Below are positions 21,451 to 35,948 of a stretch of DNA of 43,108 bases, in pieces. Origin of the DNA: Paraglomus brasilianum. Lineage: Eukaryota. The notes under the pieces were generated by a model. It ran no database searches. It worked only from the letters and a program-made list of their open reading frames with translations, and was not told where the DNA came from. Where the stretch lies: the NCBI GenBank assembly GCA_910592345.1, contig CAJVPI010000199.1, positions 1 through 43,108 on the forward strand. The letters are read 5' to 3'. Positions within the stretch are counted from its first letter, which is position 1. Every line of letters starts with the position of its first letter. A program made the translations under genes and the position numbers.

Positions 21451-24400
21451 CATGAACAAAAAGTCGTGTGAGATCGCAAACCATCCGGGAGTGCCTTTAC
21501 ACGAACTCACGGGCGCAGTAGTCACTACAATTATGCGTATTTCCTTTTTTACAATGCTTCGCTAATTAATTTCGATGTATCAGATACTCTGGGCTCTACC
21601 CATTTGTCTCAAATTCAGATATGTCTGTCGATAATACACACGGAATACATTTTATGCGATGATCCAACATATCGATATCAATCGGACTAAAAAAATCTTT
21701 GAGTTAGACAATCTGCTTTAATAATAACCGTATTGGACGATATATAATGGCACAAAATTCGTAAATCACAATTAGTCTTACATCCGAGCGACTGTCATTA
21801 ATACACGCTAATTATCTAAGAGTAATTTTACGCCGGCTGATTATTGGCTTAAAAATTCTTAGGCGCTGACATTCAAGAAATATGTGAAATTCGATTTTAA
21901 AACATGATGTTGCCCAAGACAAATCGGATCGTCATTGTCCCGCAGTGAATTTTAATCGAAACTTCTTGACCAACACTCACAACTGGATTGCGTAATCTGT
22001 TAACTGAATGCTCGTGAGCTTGTTCAATACAAGAAGAAGAAAAATGCCGTAAAGCGCCCTGGTTCACAGAAAGCCAAACCAGAAATAATGAATATCTTGG
22101 CCGTCTGTTAATGCCGAGACCAACATTTACAAGAACAAGCTTCCTTTTGAACCAAAGTACAAGGCGCAAAATGCCCTCCTTTGCAGTAAATCTCTCGTTA
22201 AGTGCAATAAAAATGTGTTACATTCTAGACATACTTGTGCCTTGGCTTGGCAATAGAAAATAAATCAACTCTACAAGCTAGCAATAATTCCTATTGCGGG
22301 AACAATGGCGCGCTGTCTTTCTGTGAGACTAATTTTTTTAATGGGTTTTCTGGCGCAATAAATTTTTCAAGGGGTTTTTGCGGCCAATATTTTTATTTCT
22401 AAAAAAATTGTCTTGCATTACATGGTCTTTGTTTTCAAAAATTGTTATTAGATGGATATCACCACAATACTTACATGTTCTCTCGGCCTATAAACACTTC
22501 GCATTCAAAATGGCTTTTTTTTTTTTTTACATTCTTATTCGGAGTTCATTAACAGAGATCAGTACAAAAGTATTACAAATTTATTTCACCGACAATTGAG
22601 TTATATCTCATGTGATCAATACTACAGTATATCGTTCACTCGGTAATGAAAATCTTGTGCTACTCTTCTATTTGAAGTCACGTAAGAAGTAGAGATTTCA
22701 CAAACCATCAAAATTCTATAATGTTATCCTCTTATTAACACTCATGTCTAAATAAAGGATTCTACACATTGCGCATCAAGTAACTACTGCGGAGGAATGG
22801 AAATAACTGCACGGAACCAACAATCAAACGCCGCTTGCAAGAAATGCTTGCTTTTCCAAATGAATCGTTTGGGATATTATTGAGCTTTTGTTAAATGAGA
22901 ATGGAAGGGATAACAAGGGATAACGTGCGCGCAGTATTAGTATCCGATCTGATCTACGATCAAAGGATCCAAATTCTATGTATTGCATTTAAACTTCATG
23001 AGTGTCTCCAAGATAAGAATGCTTAATCTCTTAAGAACACCATTCACCGACCAAAGAAAATATACTCTATCAATGGCTTTAGATCCAAGTATATTCTTCA
23101 CATGACATGCAATACAACCACGGGAGCTTTTTTATTTGATGGTAACCACTTTCTAAGCTTATACTGTGATTTGCATCTCAGCATTGTAAAATACAAATTA
23201 ATCGGAGCCTTAACATTCGAAAATACCTTTTGCAAGAAATTTTGTACCCGAGTTTCGCGCTCAGATAGCGCATAAGCAAGATTGCATCAAGTAAAGATCT
23301 ACCAAATAATAATATAAACCCTTATTATTGTATGCTTGGATTACCCAGTTGACAATGATTTCGTTGTTGCCGATCCCTTGATGACGTATAAAAGGAGAAG
23401 GTATCATTGCCCCAATTTTAGCGATATATTAATTATAAAGATTAATATTAATGCTTCATTTATTATTATAGCGTAATCCTGACTATTTAATGATGTCATA
23501 TCTTGCATATCATACTATTTTGCTGCTCGGTTTATATCGATCTCACATGTTCTCCTGTTTCGACTATTCGTTCATTTCCATCGTCTATTCCACATGTCAC
23601 AAGTTTATTGGCTATTTAAAAGCGATACGAAATAAGGTTTTACTAATACTATACTTGGCTCAGGATGGGCAATGGCTCTGCACATTCCAACTATGGGTGT
23701 TTAAATGATCAAATTTATGTCATAACCAGAACAATATGAAGTATAAAACTTGGTAATGTACATCATGATGTAATAGCTCACTCATATTTCCTTGTTTTCA
23801 CTATCACGAAAATCTTTCCAAGCCTTGCTATCTCCCTATCTCAATTGACACTGCATTTATTGGCACAGTGCCCTCTGTCCACCTAATACAGATACGTACT
23901 CTGACAACTTGATCAGATGACCCTGTGCAGACATAACATAAATACACAAATATAGTAAATATATACTAAGATAGTGGTGCGATCTGCACAATAGCCTCGG
24001 GATGAGTCATAACTGTCTTACATTTGTTTATTAAATACAACGATTGACATTGCATCCGTGCGTTATTATTACATTCAATATATCAGATATACACTCCTTA
24101 TCATTATAGACAAAGGACATATGCTGTGATTGGGCATGGTGAACCGTCCTGCCATATCTTTGAAAAGCAAAGAAGCATATATCTATTAGGGACATAACAT
24201 TCACGAATGAGATGGCTTCTCTTCTTTATGATCGGTATTTTATATATTCGTACGTCATACTCTTGTTCTATTATCCAAATTTCCTAATCTAGTACAGTAT
24301 TATATCAGCTGGGCTATCAAAATTGACTCATCCGCCCTTCCTAAATCTTCCTCTTTACTCACACCCCCCAAAATGTAGAGTGCAGAATCTTTATTATCTT

Positions 24401-24880
24401 TAATTTTTGATGAACCTCTCCTTCATCTTTCCCTCTGAATCCATCTGCTAAACTGTGTACTATTTATCTTTTGTTCATTCTTATCAGTTACACACCCGAA
24501 CCTTACATACGCTTGTTCACACGCATTCAGTTCACTGGCCAAATATGGAACTTGCATCATCAAAGACGCGTACAAAAATAACTGAAAGGTAACAATATAA
24601 TAATAACATATCCGGGATTGCCGGATTACATGCAGTTCGCTCGATAAACATAGTGACAGCCTATCATCAGACAATGATCACAATAGGGGCTTGCTAGGCG
24701 CGTGACTTGAAGTAATATAAAGGTACGAAGGACAGACCCAAAGAGTCCAATCATCATCATATAACAACCCACTTCCAACAAATATCGTTACTAGACCATT
24801 CAGAATATACTAATCCTAATATCTCCCCCCAACACATTTACACTCATCCAACTCTCAGTTCTCTTTTCATTTTTGTAAAC

Positions 24881-25663
24881 ATGTCATCCCTCTCCAATAC
24901 CGCTGACAACTGGGAAGAAATCACTGACTTGGATTTTGAAGATATCCATCTCGCTCAACGTATCACCGTCCACTCGGTTCCTACACCGCGCAGCAATGCT
25001 CTCTTGGATATCGATAACAGTAGTGATTTGAGCGATAGTGAAGAGTATCAGTTAATCGAGGCTCATACTGTGCCTACCTACGCCGCCGCTGCCAAGTGGG
25101 GAAACAAAACCAGAGCGGAAGGGAACCTAAAGGAGGCGAGTGTGTGCGAGAGGGGTTATGGAATTAAGCAAAAAGGAATGAGGCTTAAAAATAATATAAT
25201 ACCATCCTCACCACCGAGTTCGGATGACATGGACTCAATGAAAACGAACGATTCTCGTTCGTCCAATATGAGAAATAAATGTAAAGAAAGAGACAATAAA
25301 TCGTCCAATCACATCGATAAGAATATCCGTCCTCCATCCCAAACACATCCTTCACCTCCAGCTTCGCCTCCCTCATCCTCCTCAACCATCGCTCCCCTCG
25401 ATACTGAAATTCCAACCAAATCTTCATCGCGAAAGATGAAAAACCGTCACAACACACGTAAAGCTAAAATAGCAACCAAAAAGCTCCAATCACAACTTGT
25501 CTCTCCGAACGATGCAGAATTCTACGACTATTGCTGTCGCGGAGATACAAATAGAGATCCAGAGTTTGTAAAATATAAATTGTGTAAAAAGGTAATGAAA
25601 TATGAAAAGAAGATGAAGAAGAGTGACGGGAAGAGGGCTAAAGGTGATATTAACGAATTGTGA
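24881..25663 (+). CDS. Intronless hypothetical protein (260 aa, low complexity, basic C-terminus)
   Basis: Long uninterrupted ORF with ATG in AAAC context, TATAAAAG about 165 bp upstream and a pyrimidine-rich leader; no domain recognised. Confidence 0.7.
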   Translation: MSSLSNTADNWEEITDLDFEDIHLAQRITVHSVPTPRSNALLDIDNSSDLSDSEEYQLIEAHTVPTYAAAAKWGNKTRAEGNLKEASVCERGYGIKQKGMRLKNNIIPSSPPSSDDMDSMKTNDSRSSNMRNKCKERDNKSSNHIDKNIRPPSQTHPSPPASPPSSSSTIAPLDTEIPTKSSSRKMKNRHNTRKAKIATKKLQSQLVSPNDAEFYDYCCRGDTNRDPEFVKYKLCKKVMKYEKKMKKSDGKRAKGDINEL

Positions 25664-26699
25664 AACTTGGAGTTTTGCTCCCGAGGAAGGAGAAACACTA
25701 ATGAGAAGAGTGAGAGTGTGAGAGTAAATATATGTCTTAATGTAATAAACACATATGGTCATGTATGGATGATTTGATAATATAGCACCCCCATCCCTAA
25801 CTGTTTTTATAGACGTAACCTCCCAATAAGACTAGAATCATTTTATATTACAATTACTGCATTGATACTCATTGTCCAATCGCCCCTTGTCTTATAATAT
25901 ACTTCACACATACTAGACTTCTCAGAGTCTGTACTATTTGCAAATAAACACCCGAATACTCCTTGTACACCTGCTTTTCGCTTATAACTGTTCCAGTGAT
26001 GCATAAGACTGACAATAACTTCGCTAGTGAAGATCTTCAATACGTCGACTTACCGTAAATGGTATAGTCGTCAAAAGGCTCGGCTTCTTATATTGTCCTT
26101 CGGATTGTGAATGTCTAAAATCCTTTAGATCTTTGGTGTGGTTGATCCATTTCAATCCAAAAACCATTACATTGCAAATATCCAAGATTATATACAGTAC
26201 GTTGTGTAACAAAAAAAATTGACCTCCAAATTTAATGAATAATAGCCTGTCCAAGGATTTTATTGATATATCATATATATGTATGGTACATTAATAATAA
26301 TGCTTTCACCATTATTGTCAATTATCATCTGACAACGATGATTCATTGACGGTACGAGATAGATAACATCGAGCTTCAAGAAGGCGAAAAAGTTAAAAGT
26401 GGTATAAAGGAAAAAAGATATAAGCAAAAACGAGGTCCTATTACTATGTCACATAGTTCTGGTTATCATCGGTTCTTCCGTCAAACGCTGCTTTCACTCA
26501 CGGATGTTTGTTGATGATGCTTATCTACATTCGCATTCTTCTAATTCCTGGATAATGTTGATGTAATATAAATATTCCGGCATAAAATTCTGCATCCATG
26601 ATCTCGGGACATTACCCGCGGAGGTGACTACTATAATAGACTTTTCCTGCAACACTCATGAATTTTTTCTACCAGATTGCGTTCCGGTTTTTCCAAGTA

Positions 26700-27560
26700 A
26701 AGCAGAACAATATTAGCATAAAATCCACCCCAGGCAAAAACTTTCTATTGATTTTTAGAAATTGGCTTAATGAGCTTAGGACCCTATACATTGTTTTAGA
26801 TACTAAATAGATGGAAGGCTGTTTCTTAATATTTACAATAAAAAATGTGCAAATGCTGGTTTTATAATATCTGATAATTTGCACAATTGACCTGGGTTGG
26901 ACGAATTTGTATAAACCATCAGCATAATGCATTGAATAAAAGCGATAATTCCTTTCTATGAAAAAGAAGTTAGAAAACAAAAGTCCGTTCCCCAATTGTC
27001 ATTAGGTGATTCCTGGCTTTATAGCCAAGCTCTGTCCACGGTCATACACTACCCTCGGAAAAGTATTTGGTTAAGCATTTTTTAAAATGAACATACTAAC
27101 AAGGCAAAAAATTTTTTGACAATGAGGAATTATGTTTATATTGTGCTATGATGCATAGTAATAGATCATTCGACATGGGAAAAAAATCGCGAATTAATTG
27201 AGTTTGAACATGGACAAATTATTGGTTTACAAATCCCATGAAGTTATATCTCGCATTCTAAAAGCACTGTTACATATGCAATTGCCCAACATCAAATCTT
27301 TATGAATTTGAAAAGTACTACAAGAATGGATAAAAATTCAACCTAAAACTTATACTAAACTTATAGAAAGTATGCCACATATAATTGAAGCATTCATTAG
27401 GAATCAAGGATGGCCTACAGAGCATTAAATATTATGTTGTGTTGAAATTATAAATACTTTTTCGAGAGTAGTGTATATGATACAGATTCTCCATTTTTGG
27501 ATAACTCAATGGCAAGGGCTCTCAAAGATGAAGAACTGTCATTTGTGATTTATCTTTTTT
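26700..27560 (-). mobile_element. Heavily decayed Tc1/IS630-type transposase relic (host of the 27047-27473 insertion)
   Basis: Right of the insert: TNDSSSSLRALAIELSKNGESVSY. Left of it: TELGYK..., (D)ETAFHLF..., KPISKNQ*KVFAWGGF, which resembles the Tc1 first-D region and the VMVWG motif. Many stops. Confidence 0.65.
27047..27473 (+). mobile_element. Internally deleted Tc1-like element (427 bp)
   Basis: TIR CACTACCCTCGGAAAAGTATTT versus reverse complement CACTACTCTCGAAAAAAGTATTT; TA at 27045-46 and 27474-75; retains transposase N-terminus (MGKK..ELIEFEHGQIIGL) and C-terminus (KLIESMPHIIEAFIRNQGWPTEH*). Confidence 0.92.
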
Positions 27561-28104
27561 GGGACAGCTATTTATGACCTTTTTTATCAAAACATACCCA
27601 GGTATTTATTTGTAAAGCTACGCGCTTTTAGAGTTTACATGTGTATATGGGTAATCCAACTAGAGCCTGTCTACCTTTTCTATCTAAAAACATGTTGATT
27701 CCAGTTCTGCACTTATCTTCATATTAATACACGCGTATCTCATAGTTTGTCGAAGAAATCCGTTTCCCGCTACCGTGGCCTTTGTTACGCTGAAGCATAC
27801 AAGCCATATTTATTGCAGAAAGATTATCTCAACACATTACTGTTCGTTGGGATTTCAATCGATAGAGGTCGATACCAAAATTGGCAGTAAGGCGAACGCG
27901 TGTACCATTGCTATTGCAGGGTATCATCTCTGCCTCGAGAGATGATTAGTCGAGTTTTTATCATTTCAATGTCCTATTTTGTCTTTTGTAGCTTTATACA
28001 GTTTGGTCGACTGTCCAGTCCAGACTTTATATTCCGTAGTATCATATTCTTCCAAATTAAATTTCACTTCACGTACGTCAGCCGTGGTTCTTGCTCAATA
28101 TGCA

Positions 28105-28480
28105 TGGGGTAGTAAATTACCCCACCGGTCGACCACCCGTGACAATTATAAATTTTTACAGAAACAGCCATGACAGTCGCGATATTATGTCAGGCTGTGT
28201 TACATATCGATGTTCGTTTATGCTTAACTATTGGTTGACATCACATTTATACTTATTAAGGTTACGTGCAAAAAAGCACCCTCTCATAATCCTTCCAAAT
28301 GTTTCTACAGCATGCAGCATAAAGCACCTTACAATCCTTCCAAATGTTTCTACAACATTCCTGACAATTATAAACTTTATGACTTGCTAACCAGTGAAAA
28401 ATTTTTTTACTGCGTATACCCCGGAATGATTCTATTGTTCTTATTTACGGAAACATTCATGACAGACGCGATATTATGTT
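28105..28480. repeat. Cluster of short direct repeats and a hairpin
   Basis: AATCCTTCCAAATGTTTCTACA x2 (~28288, ~28333); CATGACAG(T/A)CGCGATATTATGT x2 (~28170, ~28458); TGACAATTATAAA x2; GGGGTA...TACCCC hairpin at ~28106-28124. Confidence 0.7.
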
Positions 28481-28564
28481 ATGATGTCGTCATCTAACAC
28501 GCGAACGCGTGTCTATCATACATATATATATATATACCCAGACACTTCCCTCCACTGTGCATGC

Positions 28565-29180
28565 ATCGCTCACAACAACCTCTCTTCCTTCAAAGCGCAA
28601 ATACAACATTATCTTAAATATACAACGAACAGCCTTTTGTCGCCACTCTATATTACTACATATGACACGAATAAATTATCAAACAGCGAACTCTTAACAC
28701 TCGACAACGACACGGTTTATCGACCACTGGCTATATACTCAGACAATTGTACGTGTATCGCTTCACAACAACCTCTCTTCCTCCAAAGCGTAAATACAAC
28801 GAGCAATCCTTTGCCGCCTCTCCGTATTACGACGTATGACAGTTCGCTACAACTCATGAACAAGTCCAACGCGGTTTATCGACTACTAACTGATGAAAGA
28901 GTTCAAACACACGTCTACTCATACATATACACCATCACAACATCTCCTTCTCCAAGCGTAAATACAACAAACAATCCTTTACGCCACTCCATATTACGCA
29001 CATATGACAGTTCTCTACAACCTACGAACAAAGTCTTCTAACAACAACACGGTTTATCGACCACAAAAGAACTCAAACAAATGTCTACTCATATATAACG
29101 CATCCATTGCTTTACAACATTTCATCCTCCAAAGCGTAAACACAACAAACAATCCTTTCTGCTACAACATATAAGCTGAA
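28565..29180 (+). repeat. Degenerate ~170-190-bp tandem repeat, about 3.5 copies
   Basis: Unit ACAACA..(C)TCT..CCT.CAAAGCG(T/C)AAA(T/C)ACAAC...AATCCTTT...CATATGAC...CACGGTTTATCGAC starts near 28572, 28765, 28936 and 29114. Confidence 0.8.
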
Positions 29181-31197
29181 AAGTTCGAAGGTAAAAAAAA
29201 GAAATAGGCAGATAAATTGTACTAACTGACTATTGCTCTTTAATCGGTTCACTAGGTGGCTACTCTCTTTTGTCTCTGCTGGTGGACGGGCGCGGATCTG
29301 GATCGGGCGGTGGGCAGTCACCGGGGACGCCCCTCTACTCACCACTCTCCGCCGACGGTGAAGTGATCCCGGCTGGGTCTGATGAGTGGGTCACGGGGGA
29401 TGCCTGGAACACTCTCTTTTTTTTTACACAGCTTTAGATGACGGGGAGAAGGTTTTGGGTAAGTATAAGGTAAGTACCGCTTCACGTTATATAAACTAAC
29501 TTGATGGCTTGCTGGGGGATCTGATCCAATGGTGGACACTTGGCGGAGATTGGAGCGAGTTTGAGGGACGTGATTCGGTGGCTACTTAGCTGCTTGTGAA
29601 GGATCTGTCCCTGAAGCTAGTTAGAGATGAAAGGTGAGTTTGCTGCTTGGCATGCCGATTGGAAGCAATAGTCTTATCTGCCCATTACATTATTTAATTA
29701 GTACAATAGTAAAACAATAATAATTACAAAGATTATATACAAAATTTTTATTAATTTACAAGTATCAATATAAACGTGATGTATTATAATAATGTATTAT
29801 TGATTGTATTAATAATAATCAAATAAATTAACATGTCATAATTAAATTTACCTTGCGCTTCGAAACTGGCTAAATTCGACAATGGTTAGGATTTCATTCC
29901 GTAGTGTCTGGCTCTATAGCACACAAGTGGTTCGACTCTTTACTTGTGCGACCGCTGCGGATTGTGGATCTCACCAATAGATTATCGTATAGACTTTTAA
30001 TCGAATATCTAAATCAGATGTTATAATCCTTTGTATTTTGAACATGATTTATTGAAATAAGCTGTTAAAGCTATATTCATATAATGAGACATTGGCATTA
30101 CGATCGTATGAACATGGTAGAGAATATTTATGGAATTAATATTTAAAGAAGCCCTCTATTAAAGAGGCTATGTTCAGTGAACGTATCGATACGAAGCAAG
30201 CTATCCGCCGGATTGAAGCGGATGTCTTAATGACGTATAGTAATTATTTCCACGAATATAAAGTTCTATTTTCTGATAAATTGTGATAACTATGCTTGCA
30301 TCGATGCCTACCTATTTAATCATTCTGATAAACCTCGTAGTATGGATAACCTGCTGTCAAAGAGATCTATAATCAATTCTACGCACAAGACAGAGTAATG
30401 AGTAAGAATGCAACGCTGCGCGAGGCATATTTTACTCACCACTCAGTGCACTGGTTAATATGCAAGGTTATTGAATTACAGAGTGTGTCGGTGAGGAGAG
30501 CCACCCACCATCGCCACACGTTTACAACAGCGACTCCTCTCCGCTTGTGATGTTGGGAGACTCAAAAACAACAAGCACTTTTTTCGGAACCACATATTGT
30601 TTGTAGTCTTCATAGTCGGACCCGATATTATCCTTAGTTCTTTCAAAAATTTTACATTTTCGGATTCGGTTAAATGTGGCGTTTATGACTGCGCTTAAAC
30701 ACTGCAACAATGGTACTCGCCATTAAAAAATCATCTCATTCTCTCCTTCCAATTTTGCTAGGTTACACACTCAATCACATTCTACTTCGCCTGTTTTATG
30801 ACACCTTATATTCAGGCCAGACGGGCAGTTGCAACAATAAAAAGATCGGAAACATGACGTTCCAAGCAGATAATTAATATCTGATATTATAACGACAAAT
30901 ACAACTCACTTCGACCTTACCACATGCTTGAATAACAAGGACCAATAACTAGTCACCTTGATTATCACAAAAACATTTTTGAGAATTGCAAACAAATTGA
31001 ATTATTAAAATTCTGTATAAGCGACGACGGTTGGGGATATTAATTGCTTTAGACGATAGTACAGTAAAGGAACAAGAGATTAATCCTATACATTATTACA
31101 CCCCATTCCCCGCTGAAGAAGACTAGAATTATATATCCCCTCTACAGTTAGACGACCCGCGCTGAAACCTTGTTAATTTTTCCAGAACTCATTTATC

Positions 31198-32855
31198 ATG
31201 CCATCATTACAACTTCTTACGCATCTCTCGGACGACTTTTGCCAGATTCTGGAGCAAATGGAAGAATACAACACCACGATATTCGTGGGCCAAGAATCGG
31301 CTGTACGAGTGTTCCATGCGCATTCGATTGTTTTGAAGGCAAGATCGGAATATTTTCGTGCCGCATTTGCGAACGATTGGGCAAAGAAAGATGGACAGTT
31401 TTATTGCTTTCGTAAGCCTAATATATCACCGGATGCTTTTGAAATGATATTGAAGTGAGTGTGTTGGCGGGAGTGGAGTAGACAAGACTAGCTAACAAAA
31501 ATTGATGAGCTTGTTGATAAGGGAGTGGAACTTGACAGAAGACGGTCAGAATGTGCTATATGCAGACTGTTAAGAAGCCCGTCGATTGCATCATCGGTAT
31601 CTAGTATACTGATCGATATCTCCATGACGTCAAAATTTTGTCGATTATGGCTTATTTATACCCTCTACTTCAATACAGGTATTTATATACGGCAAAGATC
31701 GAAGTAGAAGACAAGGATGTAATGTATCTCTTGGATGTATTAGTGGCAGCAGATGAACTTTTACTCACCGAAATGATAGATTGCATCGAATCCTATCTCC
31801 TCCAAAACAAGGCCGAATGGCTACGGCAGAACTATTTCGCTTTATGGTCTAAAACAAAACAAGCCGAATTCTGCGGTAAATTACAAGAATGTTGCAAGAA
31901 AACAGTATGTCATGATCCACGATGCCTATTCGAATCGGATGACTTTTTGTCTCTTGACGAGGAGCTCCTGATCTCTTTCCTCCAAATGGACGAAATGCAG
32001 ATCGACGAGATCGATGTGTGGGGATATGTGTTGAAATGGGGGTGCAGACGTATTGGGAAGGAAAGCGAAAACGTCCATGAATGGACGGCTGAAGATTTTG
32101 CCGCATTAGCCGATAAACTACAACCGTTTTTTAGTTATATACGATGGCATTACATGTTATCGGCCGATTTCTATGATAAAGTGTGGCCATTCAGACAGAT
32201 ACTGCCCGAATCTCTGTTAAACGACATTTTACAAAGCCACTTTAATCCGCAAGCGGCGTTTTCGTCAGCTGTAAGCCTACCGCGTCGAATTCCATTCGAA
32301 TCAGAAGTTATTACAAGCGAACAAGTGTCACGTATAGCCGCATGGATAGATCGTACAGACGAACCGTATAAAGAGTACGAGTGTCCTTATACGCTGCGTG
32401 TGTTATTAAGAGGAAGTAGGGATGGATTTGATGCAGAGACATTTCACGATCTGTGCGATGAGAAAGGTCCAACAATAGTAGCAGTAAAAGCACGAAATTC
32501 GGGGCAGATTATCGGAGGATATAATCCCATACAATGGGTTGTCGGTAGTGGTCACATTGCTACTTCTGACAGTTTTATATTCTCATTTCCCTCATTTGGC
32601 GTAGTTGCCGGAGCGCGCATGTCCAGGCCTCATCGATCTAATTATGCTATCCGGTTGAACGAAAGAACTCATGGGGCATGCTTTGGAGACAAGGACTTCT
32701 GGATGAGTAACGCTTTTAACGACGATGAAAGCTGCTCTTGTCAACAGGATGATTATTCGGAAGCTATTACGTCAATGACAAAATTCTCTGCCGAAGAATA
32801 TGAAGTGTTCCAAGTTGTAAAAAGAAAGATTATGAAGAGCATTGACGAGTCGTGA
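31198..32855 (+). CDS. BTB/POZ-BACK-TLDc domain protein; 2 exons (31198-31454, 31679-32855)
   Basis: BTB VFHAHSIVLKARSEYFRAAF...KPNISPDAFEMILK|YLYT; BACK-like region; TLDc LLRGSRDGFDAETFHDLCDEKGPTIV...IIGGYNP...SFIFSF...FGDKD...EEYEVFQV. Confidence 0.93.
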
Positions 32856-33580
32856 CAAATAGAGTTAGAGTAAGCGTGTGACAATGGGGTTATGTATACG
32901 GGTGCGCACGCAAGTGTTGAGTGGACAAAGTAAATGGAAAACTGATTGAGATAGTAGGAGAGAAGGGTGATTGTACGATCATTGACTCTAACGGTGCGAT
33001 GTTAGATTAAGCAGTTATCATCAGACGTGGGCCAAGTCTATTTTGGTTATTGTAGAGATAGAGAACAGACTTCACTTATAAACGGGTTTATCTTATTTAT
33101 TCGTTTCTTTGTAAATACACAATTAAATATTTCTCATCCTCTCGATCTGTCCGAAATAATCTATTACTACACTCTCGATTCACATCTTCTGGAACATTTC
33201 CTTATTGTCTTCCTTAGAATTACAAGTGTGTTGAAACGCAAAATGGAGTTGCGAAATAAAGTGATTGATGTAAACAGGTGATTAACATAGTAGAACGAGC
33301 ACACTCATTATCAAGATATTACCTTACCAACACCATATAGCATACATTTGTAATTATTGCCATTGTCATAATAAATCGGTCAGGTAATGATTGATAATTG
33401 AAGCCATAACCATCAGCGGTTATAATTATTTGTATGCACATCTTAATGGTTATTTGGTGCTTATTTATTTCTTCTATTTGTTTTAACAGAGCCAAGGCTA
33501 ACTTTATCAATTTTGATTTACTGCGACTTAGCTCCATAATAATCCAGTTTCTCTTAATAAATATTAGTACGCGTTTTTGT

Positions 33581-35117
<1,537 letters not shown>

Positions 35118-35948
35118 TTTTAGTAGTGCGTGATTAGGGGGCAAATTAAGGAGAACCGCTTTTTGCGAAAAGTCGTATAGAAATAGGAATAGAATGTTAC
35201 ACTAAACAATTTTACTGACCTAACTATAATAATAACTACCGACAGGTAATAAACTTCCGGCAATAATTAACGTGATTCATAATCAATGCGTTCACTCTGT
35301 GTAAGTCTTAATATTAAAAGCGGTTATATAAATGCGTAATAAAATAAGCGAGAATAATAAAAAGAAGCCCTTCTAATCTGTGAACTAGAATTTAGTCCGA
35401 CGGTTCCTAATTAGGTATCTAAACATCATTGAGTAACACCAGTACCATTATCCCTCCATGACGAATATGGAAATAGTACAAGGATAATAAAGTTTACCTC
35501 GCTTCTCACATTCACGTTTGTAACATTTATAGTGTTTGTATTAAGTCCTCTGTACAGAAGTGTTGAAGACATGCTGGGTTAAGTAACGTGTATGAGGAAT
35601 ATGCGCTAATGGAAGAATACTTTGCAATTGTTTTTTGTGCTGCACAATCAATCAATCTGTAAAACAATTATTAGAGGTTCATTGAATACATTAATCATCT
35701 CTCGTGATTGACTATGATCTAGTTAGAGTCACTCTTAATATTAATGAATTCAATACAAGTTAAATCTTTGATTCCAACTTTATTATCTTTTGTAAAAACC
35801 TTGAACACACCCAAGAATACCGTTCATGCGTAGAAAATACCGTTAAACCAATAATTGGTCCGATCAGCCACACACGTGCCACGATGATGACTTTTGTCGC
35901 AGTTTTACAGTATTTCGAACCCAAACAGAAACCATTATCTCCGAGAAA

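Noticed and set aside
21897..22599. Short ORFs and a possible Mutator-like terminal repeat
   Set aside because: No partner inverted repeat, target-site duplication or recognisable protein motif was found.
25843..26660. Possible lectin-like or other gene relic on the minus strand
   Set aside because: Fragments look coding but are broken, and I cannot assign a family with any confidence.
29455..29480. U1 snRNA 5' end (ATACTTACC on the minus strand)
   Set aside because: No U1 stem-loops or Sm site follow; it is simply the complement of GTAAGT donor-like motifs.
29112..29680. GC-rich tract with short minus-strand ORFs
   Set aside because: No consistent frame, domain or nested pairing pattern; left unassigned.
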